A DNA stretch of 64,000 bases from Eledone cirrhosa (GCA_964016885.1 OZ024758.1:34720001-34784000); one strand, 5' to 3'. Shown: positions 13,829-28,800, numbered from the stretch's first letter. The notes: generated from the letters alone by a model not told the origin. Program-made: numbers and translations.

Positions 13829-16800
13829 ATGGTATTAGCTGTCAGAAGGAACTCCACTGTTGCTGAGAATTCATTTAAGTTCGTGGTATTAGCTGTCAGA
13901 AGGAACTCCACTGTTGCTGAGAATTCATTTAAGTTCATGGTATTAGCTGTCAGAAGGAACTCCACTGTTGCTGAGAATTCATTTAAGTTCATGGTATTAG
14001 CTGTCAGAAGGAACTCCACTGTTGGTGAGAATTCATTTAAGTTCATGGTACTAGCTGTCAGAAGTAACCCCAATGTTGGTGAGAATTCATTTAAGTTCAT
14101 GGTATTAGCTGTCAGAAGTAACTCCACTGTTGGTGAGAATTCATTTACGTTCATGGTACTAGCTGTCAGAAGTAACTCCAATGTTGGTCAGAATTCATTT
14201 AAGTTCATGGTATTAGCTGTCATAAGGAACTCCACTGTTGCTGAGAATTCATTTAAGTTTGTGGTATTAGCTGTCAGAAGGAACTCCACTGTTGCTGAGA
14301 ATTCATTTAAGTTCATAGTATTAGCTGTCAGAAGGAACTCCACTGTTGCTGAGAATTCATTTAAGTTCATGGTATTAGCTGTCAGAAGTCACTCCACTGT
14401 TGGTGAGAATTCATTTAAGTTCATGGTACTAGCTGTCAGAAGTAACCCCAATGTTGGTGAGAATTCATTTAAGTTCATGGTATTAGCTGTCAGAAGTAAC
14501 TCCACTGTTGGTGAGAATTCATTTAAGTCATGGTATTAGCTGTCAGAAGTAACTCCAATTTTGGTGAGAATTCATTTAAGTTCATGGTATTAGCTGTCAG
14601 AAGTAACTCCACTGTTGGTGAGAATTCATTTAAGTTCATGGTACTAGCTGTCAGAAGTAACCCCAATGTTGGTGAGAATTCATTTAAGTTCATGGTATTA
14701 GCTGTCAGAAGTCACTCCACTGTTGGTGAGAATTCATTTAAGTTCATGGTACTAGCTGTCAGAAGTAACCCCAATGTTGGTGAGAATTCATTTAAGTTCA
14801 TGGTATTAGCTGTTAGAAGTCACTCCACTGTTGGTGAGAATTCATTGAAGTTCATGGTACTAGCTGTCAGAAGTAACCCCAATGTTGGTGAGAATTCATT
14901 TAAGTTCATGGTATTAGCTGTCAGAAGTCACTCCAATGTTGGTGAGAATTCATTTAAGTTCATGGTATTAGCTGTCAGAAGTAACTCCACTGTTGGTGAG
15001 AATTCATTTAAGTTCATGGTATTAGCTGTCAGAAGTAACTCCACTGTTGGTGAGAATTCATTTAAGTTCATGGTATTAGCTGTCAGAAGTAACTCCACTG
15101 TTGGTGAGAATTCATTTAAGTTCATGGTATTAGCTGTCAGAAGGAACTCCAATGTTGGTGAGAATTCATTTAAGTCATGATACTAGCTGTCAGAAGTAAC
15201 TCCACTGTTGGTGAGAATTCATTTAAGTTCATGGTATTAGCTGTCAGAAGGAACGCCACTGTTGGTGAGAATTCATTTAAGTTCATGGTATTAGCTGTCA
15301 GAAGTAACTCCACTGTTGGTGAGAATTCATTTAAGTTCATGGTACTAGCTGTCAGAAGTAACTCCAATGTTGGTGAGAATTCATTTAAGTTCATGGTATT
15401 AGCTGTCAGAACGAACTCCACTGTTGCTGAGAATTCATTTAAGTACATGGTATTAGCTGTCAGAAGTAACTCCACTGTTGGTGAGAATTCATTTATGTTC
15501 ATGGTACTAGCTGTCAGAAGTAACTCCACTGTTGGTGAGAATTCATTTAAGTTCATGGTATTAGCTGTCAGAAGGAACGCCACTGTTGGTGAGAATTCAT
15601 TTAAGTTCATGGTATTAGCTGTCAGAAGTAACTCCACTGTTGGTGAGAATTCATTTAAGTTCATGGTACTAGCTGTCAGAAGTACTCCAATGTTGGTCAG
15701 AATTCATTTAAGTTCATGGTATTAGCTGTCAGAAGGAACTCCACTGTTGCTGAGAATTCATTTAAGTTCATGGTATTAGCTGTCAGAAGTAACTCCACTG
15801 TTGGTGAGAATTCATTTAAGTTCATGGTACTAGCTGTCAGAAGTAACTCCACTGTTGGTGAGAATTCATTTAAGTTCATGGTATTAGCTGTCAGAAGTCA
15901 CTCCAATGTTGGTGAGAATTCATTTAAGTTCATGGTATTAGCTGTCAGAAGTCACTCCACTGTTGGTGAGAATTCATTTAAGTTCATGGTATTAGCTGTC
16001 AGAAGTAACTCCACTGTTGGTGAGAATTCATTTAAGTCATGGTATTAGCTGTCAGCAGTAACTCCAATGTTGGTGAGAATTCATTTAAGTTCATGGTATT
16101 AGCTGTCAGAAGTCACTCCACTGTTGGTGAGAATTCATTTAAGTTCATGGTACTAGCTGTCAGAAGTAACCCCAATGTTGGTGAGAATTCATTTAAGTTC
16201 ATGGTATTAGCTGTCAGAAGTCACTCCAATGTTGGTGAGAATTCATTTAAGTTCATGGTATTAGCTGTCAGAAGTAACTCCACTGTTGGTGAGAATTCAT
16301 TTAAGTTCATAGTATTAGCTGTCAGAAGTAACTCCACTGTTGGTGAGAATTCATTTAAGTTCATGGTATTAGCTGTCAGAAGTAACTCCACTGTTGGTGA
16401 GAATTCATTTAAGTTCATGGTATTAGCTGTCAGAAGGAACGCCACTGTTGGTGAGAATTCATTTAAGTTCATGGTATTAGCTGTCAGAAGTAACTCCACT
16501 GTTGGTGAGAATTCATTTAAGTTCATGGTACTAGCTGTCAGAAGTAACTCCAATGTTGGTGAGAATTCATTTAAGTTCATGGTATTAGCTGTCAGAACGA
16601 ACTCCACTGTTGCTGAGAATTCATTTAAGTTCATGGTATTAGCTGTCAGAAGTAACTCCACTGTTGGTGAGAATTCATTTAAGTTCATGGTACTAGCTGT
16701 CAGAAGTAACTCCACTGTTGGTGAGAATTCATTTAAGTTCATGGTATTAGCTGTCAGAAGTCACTCCAATGTTGGTGAGAATTCATTTAAGTTCATGGTA

Positions 16801-19800
16801 TTAGCAGTCAGAAGTCACTCCACTGTTGGTGAGAATTCATTTAAGTTCATGGTACTAGCTGTCAGAAGTAACCCCAATGTTGGTGAGAATTCATTTAAGT
16901 TCATGGTATTAGCTGTCAGAAGTCACTCCAATGTTGGTGAGAATTCATTTAAGTTCATGGTATTAGCTGTCAGAAGTAACTCCACTGTTGGTGAGAATTC
17001 ATTTAAGTTCATGGTATTAGTTTGTCAGAAGTAACTCCACTGTTGGTGAGAATTCATTTAAGTCATGGTATTAGTTGTCAGAAGTAACTCCAATGTTGGT
17101 GAGAATTCATTTAAGTTCATGGTATTAGCTGTCAGAAGGAACTCCACTGTTGGTGAGAATTCATTTAAGTTCATGGTATTAGCTGTCAGAAGTAACTCCA
17201 CTGTTGGTGAGAATTCATTTAAGTCATGGTATTAGCTGTCAGAAGTAACTCCATTGTTGGTGAGAATTCATTTAAGTCATGGTACTAGCTGTCAGAAGTA
17301 ACTCCAATGTTGGTGAGAATTCATTTAAGTTCATGGTATTAGCTGTCAGAAGGAACTCCACTGTTGCTGAGAATTCATTTAAGTTCGTGGTATTAGCTGT
17401 CAGAAGGAACTCCACTGTTGCTGAGAATTCATTTAAGTTCATGGTATTAGCTGTCAGAAGGAACTCCACTGTTGCTGAGAATTCATTTAAGTTCATGGTA
17501 TTAGCTGTCAGAAGGAACTCCACTGTTGGTGAGAATTCATTTAAGTTCATGGTACTAGCTGTCAGAAGTAACCCCAATGTTGGTGAGAATTCATTTAAGT
17601 TCATGGTATTAGCTGTCAGAAGTAACTCCACTGTTGGTGAGAATTCATTTACGTTCATGGTACTAGCTGTCAGAAGTAACTCCAATGTTGGTCAGAATTC
17701 ATTTAAGTTCATGGTATTAGCTGTCATAAGGAACTCCACTGTTGCTGAGAATTCATTTAAGTTTGTGGTATTAGCTGTCAGAAGGAACTCCACTGTTGCT
17801 GAGAATTCATTTAAGTTCATAGTATTAGCTGTCAGAAGTCACTCCAATGTTGGTGAGAATTCATTTAAGTTCATGGTATTAGCTGTCAGAAGTAACTCCA
17901 CTGTTGGTGAGAATTCATTTAAGTTCATGGTATTAGCTGTCAGAAGTAACTCCACTGTTGGTGAGAATTCATTTAAGTTCATGGTATTAGCTGTCAGAAG
18001 TAACTCCACTGTTGGTGAGAATTCATTTAAGTTCATGGTATTAGCTGTCAGAAGGAACTCCAATGTTGGTGAGAATTCATTTAAGTCATGATACTAGCTG
18101 TCAGAAGTAACTCCACTGTTGGTGAGAATTCATTTAAGTTCATGGTATTAGCTGTCAGAAGGAACGCCACTGTTGGTGAGAATTCATTTAAGTTCATGGT
18201 ATTAGCTGTCAGAAGTAACTCCACTGTTGGTGAGAATTCATTTAAGTTCATGGTACTAGCTGTCAGAAGTAACTCCAATGTTGGTGAGAATTCATTTAAG
18301 TTCATGGTATTAGCTGTCAGAACGAACTCCACTGTTGCTGAGAATTCATTTAAGTACATGGTATTAGCTGTCAGAAGTAACTCCACTGTTGGTGAGAATT
18401 CATTTATGTTCATGGTACTAGCTGTCAGAAGTAACTCCACTGTTGGTGAGAATTCATTTAAGTTCATGGTATTAGCTGTCAGAAGGAACGCCACTGTTGG
18501 TGAGAATTCATTTAAGTTCATGGTATTAGCTGTCAGAAGTAACTCCACTGTTGGTGAGAATTCATTTAAGTTCATGGTACTAGCTGTCAGAAGTACTCCA
18601 ATGTTGGTCAGAATTCATTTAAGTTCATGGTATTAGCTGTCAGAAGGAACTCCACTGTTGCTGAGAATTCATTTAAGTTCATGGTATTAGCTGTCAGAAG
18701 TAACTCCACTGTTGGTGAGAATTCATTTAAGTTCATGGTACTAGCTGTCAGAAGTAACTCCACTGTTGGTGAGAATTCATTTAAGTTCATGGTATTAGCT
18801 GTCAGAAGTCACTCCAATGTTGGTGAGAATTCATTTAAGTTCATGGTATTAGCTGTCAGAAGTCACTCCACTGTTGGTGAGAATTCATTTAAGTTCATGG
18901 TATTAGCTGTCAGAAGTAACTCCACTGTTGGTGAGAATTCATTTAAGTCATGGTATTAGCTGTCAGCAGTAACTCCAATGTTGGTGAGAATTCATTTAAG
19001 TTCATGGTATTAGCTGTCAGAAGTCACTCCACTGTTGGTGAGAATTCATTTAAGTTCATGGTACTAGCTGTCAGAAGTAACCCCAATGTTGGTGAGAATT
19101 CATTTAAGTTCATGGTATTAGCTGTCAGAAGTCACTCCAATGTTGGTGAGAATTCATTTAAGTTCATGGTATTAGCTGTCAGAAGTAACTCCACTGTTGG
19201 TGAGAATTCATTTAAGTTCATAGTATTAGCTGTCAGAAGTAACTCCACTGTTGGTGAGAATTCATTTAAGTTCATGGTATTAGCTGTCAGAAGTAACTCC
19301 ACTGTTGGTGAGAATTCATTTAAGTTCATGGTATTAGCTGTCAGAAGGAACGCCACTGTTGGTGAGAATTCATTTAAGTTCATGGTATTAGCTGTCAGAA
19401 GTAACTCCACTGTTGGTGAGAATTCATTTAAGTTCATGGTACTAGCTGTCAGAAGTAACTCCAATGTTGGTGAGAATTCATTTAAGTTCATGGTATTAGC
19501 TGTCAGAACGAACTCCACTGTTGCTGAGAATTCATTTAAGTTCATGGTATTAGCTGTCAGAAGTAACTCCACTGTTGGTGAGAATTCATTTAAGTTCATG
19601 GTACTAGCTGTCAGAAGTAACTCCACTGTTGGTGAGAATTCATTTAAGTTCATGGTATTAGCTGTCAGAAGTCACTCCAATGTTGGTGAGAATTCATTTA
19701 AGTTCATGGTATTAGCAGTCAGAAGTCACTCCACTGTTGGTGAGAATTCATTTAAGTTCATGGTACTAGCTGTCAGAAGTAACCCCAATGTTGGTGAGAA

Positions 19801-22800
19801 TTCATTTAAGTTCATGGTATTAGCTGTCAGAAGTCACTCCAATGTTGGTGAGAATTCATTTAAGTTCATGGTATTAGCTGTCAGAAGTAACTCCACTGTT
19901 GGTGAGAATTCATTTAAGTTCATGGTATTAGTTTGTCAGAAGTAACTCCACTGTTGGTGAGAATTCATTTAAGTCATGGTATTAGTTGTCAGAAGTAACT
20001 CCAATGTTGGTGAGAATTCATTTAAGTTCATGGTATTAGCTGTCAGAAGGAACTCCACTGTTGGTGAGAATTCATTTAAGTTCATGGTATTAGCTGTCAG
20101 AAGTAACTCCACTGTTGGTGAGAATTCATTTAAGTCATGGTATTAGCTGTCAGAAGTAACTCCATTGTTGGTGAGAATTCATTTAAGTCATGGTACTAGC
20201 TGTCAGAAGTAACTCCAATGTTGGTGAGAATTCATTTAAGTTCATGGTATTAGCTGTCAGAAGGAACTCCACTGTTGCTGAGAATTCATTTAAGTTCGTG
20301 GTATTAGCAGTCAGAAGTCACTCCACTGTTGGTGAGAATTCATTTAAGTTCATGGTACTAGCTGTCAGAAGTAACCCCAATGTTGGTGAGAATTCATTTA
20401 AGTTCATGGTATTAGCTGTCAGAAGTCACTCCAATGTTGGTGAGAATTCATTTAAGTTCATGGTATTAGCTGTCAGAAGTAACTCCACTGTTGGTGAGAA
20501 TTCATTTAAGTTCATGGTATTAGTTTGTCAGAAGTAACTCCACTGTTGGTGAGAATTCATTTAAGTCATGGTATTAGTTGTCAGAAGTAACTCCAATGTT
20601 GGTGAGAATTCATTTAAGTTCATGGTATTAGCTGTCAGAAGGAACTCCACTGTTGGTGAGAATTCATTTAAGTTCATGGTATTAGCTGTCAGAAGTAACT
20701 CCACTGTTGGTGAGAATTCATTTAAGTCATGGTATTAGCTGTCAGAAGTAACTCCATTGTTGGTGAGAATTCATTTAAGTCATGGTACTAGCTGTCAGAA
20801 GTAACTCCAATGTTGGTGAGAATTCATTTAAGTTCATGGTATTAGCTGTCAGAAGGAACTCCACTGTTGCTGAGAATTCATTTAAGTTCGTGGTATTAGC
20901 TGTCAGAAGGAACTCCACTGTTGCTGAGAATTCATTTAAGTTCATGGTATTAGCTGTCAGAAGGAACTCCACTGTTGCTGAGAATTCATTTAAGTTCATG
21001 GTATTAGCTGTCAGAAGGAACTCCACTGTTGGTGAGAATTCATTTAAGTTCATGGTACTAGCTGTCAGAAGTAACCCCAATGTTGGTGAGAATTCATTTA
21101 AGTTCATGGTATTAGCTGTCAGAAGTAACTCCACTGTTGGTGAGAATTCATTTACGTTCATGGTACTAGCTGTCAGAAGTAACTCCAATGTTGGTCAGAA
21201 TTCATTTAAGTTCATGGTATTAGCTGTCATAAGGAACTCCACTGTTGCTGAGAATTCATTTAAGTTTGTGGTATTAGCTGTCAGAAGGAACTCCACTGTT
21301 GCTGAGAATTCATTTAAGTTCATAGTATTAGCTGTCAGAAGTCACTCCAATGTTGGTGAGAATTCATTTAAGTTCATGGTATTAGCTGTCAGAAGTAACT
21401 CCACTGTTGGTGAGAATTCATTTAAGTTCATGGTATTAGCTGTCAGAAGTAACTCCACTGTTGGTGAGAATTCATTTAAGTTCATGGTATTAGCTGTCAG
21501 AAGTAACTCCACTGTTGGTGAGAATTCATTTAAGTTCATGGTATTAGCTGTCAGAAGGAACTCCAATGTTGGTGAGAATTCATTTAAGTCATGATACTAG
21601 CTGTCAGAAGTAACTCCACTGTTGGTGAGAATTCATTTAAGTTCATGGTATTAGCTGTCAGAAGGAACGCCACTGTTGGTGAGAATTCATTTAAGTTCAT
21701 GGTATTAGCTGTCAGAAGTAACTCCACTGTTGGTGAGAATTCATTTAAGTTCATGGTACTAGCTGTCAGAAGTAACTCCAATGTTGGTGAGAATTCATTT
21801 AAGTTCATGGTATTAGCTGTCAGAACGAACTCCACTGTTGCTGAGAATTCATTTAAGTACATGGTATTAGCTGTCAGAAGTAACTCCACTGTTGGTGAGA
21901 ATTCATTTATGTTCATGGTACTAGCTGTCAGAAGTAACTCCACTGTTGGTGAGAATTCATTTAAGTTCATGGTATTAGCTGTCAGAAGGAACGCCACTGT
22001 TGGTGAGAATTCATTTAAGTTCATGGTATTAGCTGTCAGAAGTAACTCCACTGTTGGTGAGAATTCATTTAAGTTCATGGTACTAGCTGTCAGAAGTACT
22101 CCAATGTTGGTCAGAATTCATTTAAGTTCATGGTATTAGCTGTCAGAAGGAACTCCACTGTTGCTGAGAATTCATTTAAGTTCATGGTATTAGCTGTCAG
22201 AAGTAACTCCACTGTTGGTGAGAATTCATTTAAGTTCATGGTACTAGCTGTCAGAAGTAACTCCACTGTTGGTGAGAATTCATTTAAGTTCATGGTATTA
22301 GCTGTCAGAAGTCACTCCAATGTTGGTGAGAATTCATTTAAGTTCATGGTATTAGCTGTCAGAAGTCACTCCACTGTTGGTGAGAATTCATTTAAGTTCA
22401 TGGTATTAGCTGTCAGAAGTAACTCCACTGTTGGTGAGAATTCATTTAAGTCATGGTATTAGCTGTCAGCAGTAACTCCAATGTTGGTGAGAATTCATTT
22501 AAGTTCATGGTATTAGCTGTCAGAAGTCACTCCACTGTTGGTGAGAATTCATTTAAGTTCATGGTACTAGCTGTCAGAAGTAACCCCAATGTTGGTGAGA
22601 ATTCATTTAAGTTCATGGTATTAGCTGTCAGAAGTCACTCCAATGTTGGTGAGAATTCATTTAAGTTCATGGTATTAGCTGTCAGAAGTAACTCCACTGT
22701 TGGTGAGAATTCATTTAAGTTCATAGTATTAGCTGTCAGAAGTAACTCCACTGTTGGTGAGAATTCATTTAAGTTCATGGTATTAGCTGTCAGAAGTAAC

Positions 22801-25800
22801 TCCACTGTTGGTGAGAATTCATTTAAGTTCATGGTATTAGCTGTCAGAAGGAACGCCACTGTTGGTGAGAATTCATTTAAGTTCATGGTATTAGCTGTCA
22901 GAAGTAACTCCACTGTTGGTGAGAATTCATTTAAGTTCATGGTACTAGCTGTCAGAAGTAACTCCAATGTTGGTGAGAATTCATTTAAGTTCATGGTATT
23001 AGCTGTCAGAACGAACTCCACTGTTGCTGAGAATTCATTTAAGTTCATGGTATTAGCTGTCAGAAGTAACTCCACTGTTGGTGAGAATTCATTTAAGTTC
23101 ATGGTACTAGCTGTCAGAAGTAACTCCACTGTTGGTGAGAATTCATTTAAGTTCATGGTATTAGCTGTCAGAAGTCACTCCAATGTTGGTGAGAATTCAT
23201 TTAAGTTCATGGTATTAGCAGTCAGAAGTCACTCCACTGTTGGTGAGAATTCATTTAAGTTCATGGTACTAGCTGTCAGAAGTAACCCCAATGTTGGTGA
23301 GAATTCATTTAAGTTCATGGTATTAGCTGTCAGAAGTCACTCCAATGTTGGTGAGAATTCATTTAAGTTCATGGTATTAGCTGTCAGAAGTAACTCCACT
23401 GTTGGTGAGAATTCATTTAAGTTCATGGTATTAGTTTGTCAGAAGTAACTCCACTGTTGGTGAGAATTCATTTAAGTCATGGTATTAGTTGTCAGAAGTA
23501 ACTCCAATGTTGGTGAGAATTCATTTAAGTTCATGGTATTAGCTGTCAGAAGGAACTCCACTGTTGGTGAGAATTCATTTAAGTTCATGGTATTAGCTGT
23601 CAGAAGTAACTCCACTGTTGGTGAGAATTCATTTAAGTCATGGTATTAGCTGTCAGAAGTAACTCCATTGTTGGTGAGAATTCATTTAAGTCATGGTACT
23701 AGCTGTCAGAAGTAACTCCAATGTTGGTGAGAATTCATTTAAGTTCATGGTATTAGCTGTCAGAAGGAACTCCACTGTTGCTGAGAATTCATTTAAGTTC
23801 GTGGTATTAGCTGTCAGAAGGAACTCCACTGTTGCTGAGAATTCATTTAAGTTCATGGTATTAGCTGTCAGAAGGAACTCCACTGTTGCTGAGAATTCAT
23901 TTAAGTTCATGGTATTAGCTGTCAGAAGGAACTCCACTGTTGGTGAGAATTCATTTAAGTTCATGGTACTAGCTGTCAGAAGTAACCCCAATGTTGGTGA
24001 GAATTCATTTAAGTTCATGGTATTAGCTGTCAGAAGTAACTCCACTGTTGGTGAGAATTCATTTACGTTCATGGTACTAGCTGTCAGAAGTAACTCCAAT
24101 GTTGGTCAGAATTCATTTAAGTTCATGGTATTAGCTGTCATAAGGAACTCCACTGTTGCTGAGAATTCATTTAAGTTTGTGGTATTAGCTGTCAGAAGGA
24201 ACTCCACTGTTGCTGAGAATTCATTTAAGTTCATAGTATTAGCTGTCAGAAGGAACTCCACTGTTGCTGAGAATTCATTTAAGTTCATGGTATTAGCTGT
24301 CAGAAGTCACTCCACTGTTGGTGAGAATTCATTTAAGTTCATGGTACTAGCTGTCAGAAGTAACCCCAATGTTGGTGAGAATTCATTTAAGTTCATGGTA
24401 TTAGCTGTCAGAAGTAACTCCACTGTTGGTGAGAATTCATTTAAGTCATGGTATTAGCTGTCAGAAGTAACTCCAATTTTGGTGAGAATTCATTTAAGTT
24501 CATGGTATTAGCTGTCAGAAGTAACTCCACTGTTGGTGAGAATTCATTTAAGTTCATGGTACTAGCTGTCAGAAGTAACCCCAATGTTGGTGAGAATTCA
24601 TTTAAGTTCATGGTATTAGCTGTCAGAAGTCACTCCACTGTTGGTGAGAATTCATTTAAGTTCATGGTACTAGCTGTCAGAAGTAACCCCAATGTTGGTG
24701 AGAATTCATTTAAGTTCATGGTATTAGCTGTTAGAAGTCACTCCACTGTTGGTGAGAATTCATTTAAGTTCATGGTACTAGCTGTCAGAAGTAACCCCAA
24801 TGTTGGTGAGAATTCATTTAAGTTCATGGTATTAGCTGTCAGAAGTAACTCCACTGTTGGTGAGAATTCATTTAAGTTCATGGTATTAGCTGTCAGAAGT
24901 AACTCCACTGTTGGTGAGAATTCATTTAAGTTCATGGTATTAGCTGTCAGAAGTAACTCCACTGTTGGTGAGAATTCATTTAAGTTCATGGTATTAGCTG
25001 TCAGAAGGAACTCCAATGTTGGTGAGAATTCATTTAAGTCATGATACTAGCTGTCAGAAGTAACTCCACTGTTGGTGAGAATTCATTTAAGTTCATGGTA
25101 TTAGCTGTCAGAAGGAACGCCACTGTTGGTGAGAATTCATTTAAGTTCATGGTATTAGCTGTCAGAAGTAACTCCACTGTTGGTGAGAATTCATTTAAGT
25201 TCATGGTACTAGCTGTCAGAAGTAACTCCAATGTTGGTGAGAATTCATTTAAGTTCATGGTATTAGCTGTCAGAACGAACTCCACTGTTGCTGAGAATTC
25301 ATTTAAGTACATGGTATTAGCTGTCAGAAGTAACTCCACTGTTGGTGAGAATTCATTTATGTTCATGGTACTAGCTGTCAGAAGTAACTCCACTGTTGGT
25401 GAGAATTCATTTAAGTTCATGGTATTAGCTGTCAGAAGGAACGCCACTGTTGGTGAGAATTCATTTAAGTTCATGGTATTAGCTGTCAGAAGTAACTCCA
25501 CTGTTGGTGAGAATTCATTTAAGTTCATGGTACTAGCTGTCAGAAGTACTCCAATGTTGGTCAGAATTCATTTAAGTTCATGGTATTAGCTGTCAGAAGG
25601 AACTCCACTGTTGCTGAGAATTCATTTAAGTTCATGGTATTAGCTGTCAGAAGTAACTCCACTGTTGGTGAGAATTCATTTAAGTTCATGGTACTAGCTG
25701 TCAGAAGTAACTCCACTGTTGGTGAGAATTCATTTAAGTTCATGGTATTATCTGTCAGAAGTCACTCCAATGTTGGTGAGAATTCATTTAAGTTCATGGT

Positions 25801-28800
25801 ATTAGCTGTCAGAAGTCACTCCACTGTTGGTGAGAATTCATTTAAGTTCATGGTATTAGCTGTCAGAAGTAACTCCACTGTTGGTGAGAATTCATTTAAG
25901 TCATGGTATTAGCTGTCAGCAGTAACTCCAATGTTGGTGAGAATTCATTTAAGTTCATGGTATTAGCTGTCAGAAGTCACTCCACTGTTGGTGAGAATTC
26001 ATTTAAGTTCATGGTACTAGCTGTCAGAAGTAACCCCAATGTTGGTGAGAATTCATTTAAGTTCATGGTATTAGCTGTCAGAAGTCACTCCAATGTTGGT
26101 GAGAATTCATTTAAGTTCATGGTATTAGCTGTCAGAAGTAACTCCACTGTTGGTGAGAATTCATTTAAGTTCATAGTATTAGCTGTCAGAAGTAACTCCA
26201 CTGTTGGTGAGAATTCATTTAAGTTCATGGTATTAGCTGTCAGAAGTAACTCCACTGTTGGTGAGAATTCATTTAAGTTCATGGTATTAGCTGTCAGAAG
26301 GAACGCCACTGTTGGTGAGAATTCATTTAAGTTCATGGTATTAGCTGTCAGAAGTAACTCCACTGTTGGTGAGAATTCATTTAAGTTCATGGTACTAGCT
26401 GTCAGAAGTAACTCCAATGTTGGTGAGAATTCATTTAAGTTCATGGTATTAGCTGTCAGAACGAACTCCACTGTTGCTGAGAATTCATTTAAGTTCATGG
26501 TATTAGCTGTCAGAAGTAACTCCACTGTTGGTGAGAATTCATTTAAGTTCATGGTACTAGCTGTCAGAAGTAACTCCACTGTTGGTGAGAATTCATTTAA
26601 GTTCATGGTATTAGCTGTCAGAAGTCACTCCAATGTTGGTGAGAATTCATTTAAGTTCATGGTATTAGCAGTCAGAAGTCACTCCACTGTTGGTGAGAAT
26701 TCATTTAAGTTCATGGTACTAGCTGTCAGAAGTAACCCCAATGTTGGTGAGAATTCATTTAAGTTCATGGTATTAGCTGTCAGAAGTCACTCCAATGTTG
26801 GTGAGAATTCATTTAAGTTCATGGTATTAGCTGTCAGAAGTAACTCCACTGTTGGTGAGAATTCATTTAAGTTCATGGTATTAGTTTGTCAGAAGTAACT
26901 CCACTGTTGGTGAGAATTCATTTAAGTCATGGTATTAGTTGTCAGAAGTAACTCCAATGTTGGTGAGAATTCATTTAAGTTCATGGTATTAGCTGTCAGA
27001 AGGAACTCCACTGTTGGTGAGAATTCATTTAAGTTCATGGTATTAGCTGTCAGAAGTAACTCCACTGTTGGTGAGAATTCATTTAAGTCATGGTATTAGC
27101 TGTCAGAAGTAACTCCATTGTTGGTGAGAATTCATTTAAGTCATGGTACTAGCTGTCAGAAGTAACTCCAATGTTGGTGAGAATTCATTTAAGTTCATGG
27201 TATTAGCTGTCAGAAGGAACTCCACTGTTGCTGAGAATTCATTTAAGTTCGTGGTATTAGCTGTCAGAAGGAACTCCACTGTTGCTGAGAATTCATTTAA
27301 GTTCATGGTATTAGCTGTCAGAAGGAACTCCACTGTTGCTGAGAATTCATTTAAGTTCATGGTATTAGCTGTCAGAAGGAACTCCACTGTTGGTGAGAAT
27401 TCATTTAAGTTCATGGTACTAGCTGTCAGAAGTAACCCCAATGTTGGTGAGAATTCATTTAAGTTCATGGTATTAGCTGTCAGAAGTAACTCCACTGTTG
27501 GTGAGAATTCATTTACGTTCATGGTACTAGCTGTCAGAAGTAACTCCAATGTTGGTCAGAATTCATTTAAGTTCATGGTATTAGCTGTCATAAGGAACTC
27601 CACTGTTGCTGAGAATTCATTTAAGTTTGTGGTATTAGCTGTCAGAAGGAACTCCACTGTTGCTGAGAATTCATTTAAGTTCATAGTATTAGCTGTCAGA
27701 AGGAACTCCACTGTTGCTGAGAATTCATTTAAGTTCATGGTATTAGCTGTCAGAAGTCACTCCACTGTTGGTGAGAATTCATTTAAGTTCATGGTACTAG
27801 CTGTCAGAAGTAACCCCAATGTTGGTGAGAATTCATTTAAGTTCATGGTATTAGCTGTCAGAAGTAACTCCACTGTTGGTGAGAATTCATTTAAGTCATG
27901 GTATTAGCTGTCAGAAGTAACTCCAATTTTGGTGAGAATTCATTTAAGTTCATGGTATTAGCTGTCAGAAGTAACTCCACTGTTGGTGAGAATTCATTTA
28001 AGTTCATGGTACTAGCTGTCAGAAGTAACCCCAATGTTGGTGAGAATTCATTTAAGTTCATGGTATTAGCTGTCAGAAGTCACTCCACTGTTGGTGAGAA
28101 TTCATTTAAGTTCATGGTACTAGCTGTCAGAAGTAACCCCAATGTTGGTGAGAATTCATTTAAGTTCATGGTATTAGCTGTTAGAAGTCACTCCACTGTT
28201 GGTGAGAATTCATTTAAGTTCATGGTACTAGCTGTCAGAAGTAACCCCAATGTTGGTGAGAATTCATTTAAGTTCATGGTATTAGCTGTCAGAAGTCACT
28301 CCAATGTTGGTGAGAATTCATTTAAGTTCATGGTATTAGCTGTCAGAAGTAACTCCACTGTTGGTGAGAATTCATTTAAGTTCATGGTATTAGCTGTCAG
28401 AAGTAACTCCACTGTTGGTGAGAATTCATTTAAGTTCATGGTATTAGCTGTCAGAAGTAACTCCACTGTTGGTGAGAATTCATTTAAGTTCATGGTATTA
28501 GCTGTCAGAAGGAACTCCAATGTTGGTGAGAATTCATTTAAGTCATGATACTAGCTGTCAGAAGTAACTCCACTGTTGGTGAGAATTCATTTAAGTTCAT
28601 GGTATTAGCTGTCAGAAGGAACGCCACTGTTGGTGAGAATTCATTTAAGTTCATGGTATTAGCTGTCAGAAGTAACTCCACTGTTGGTGAGAATTCATTT
28701 AAGTTCATGGTACTAGCTGTCAGAAGTAACTCCAATGTTGGTGAGAATTCATTTAAGTTCATGGTATTAGCTGTCAGAACGAACTCCACTGTTGCTGAGA

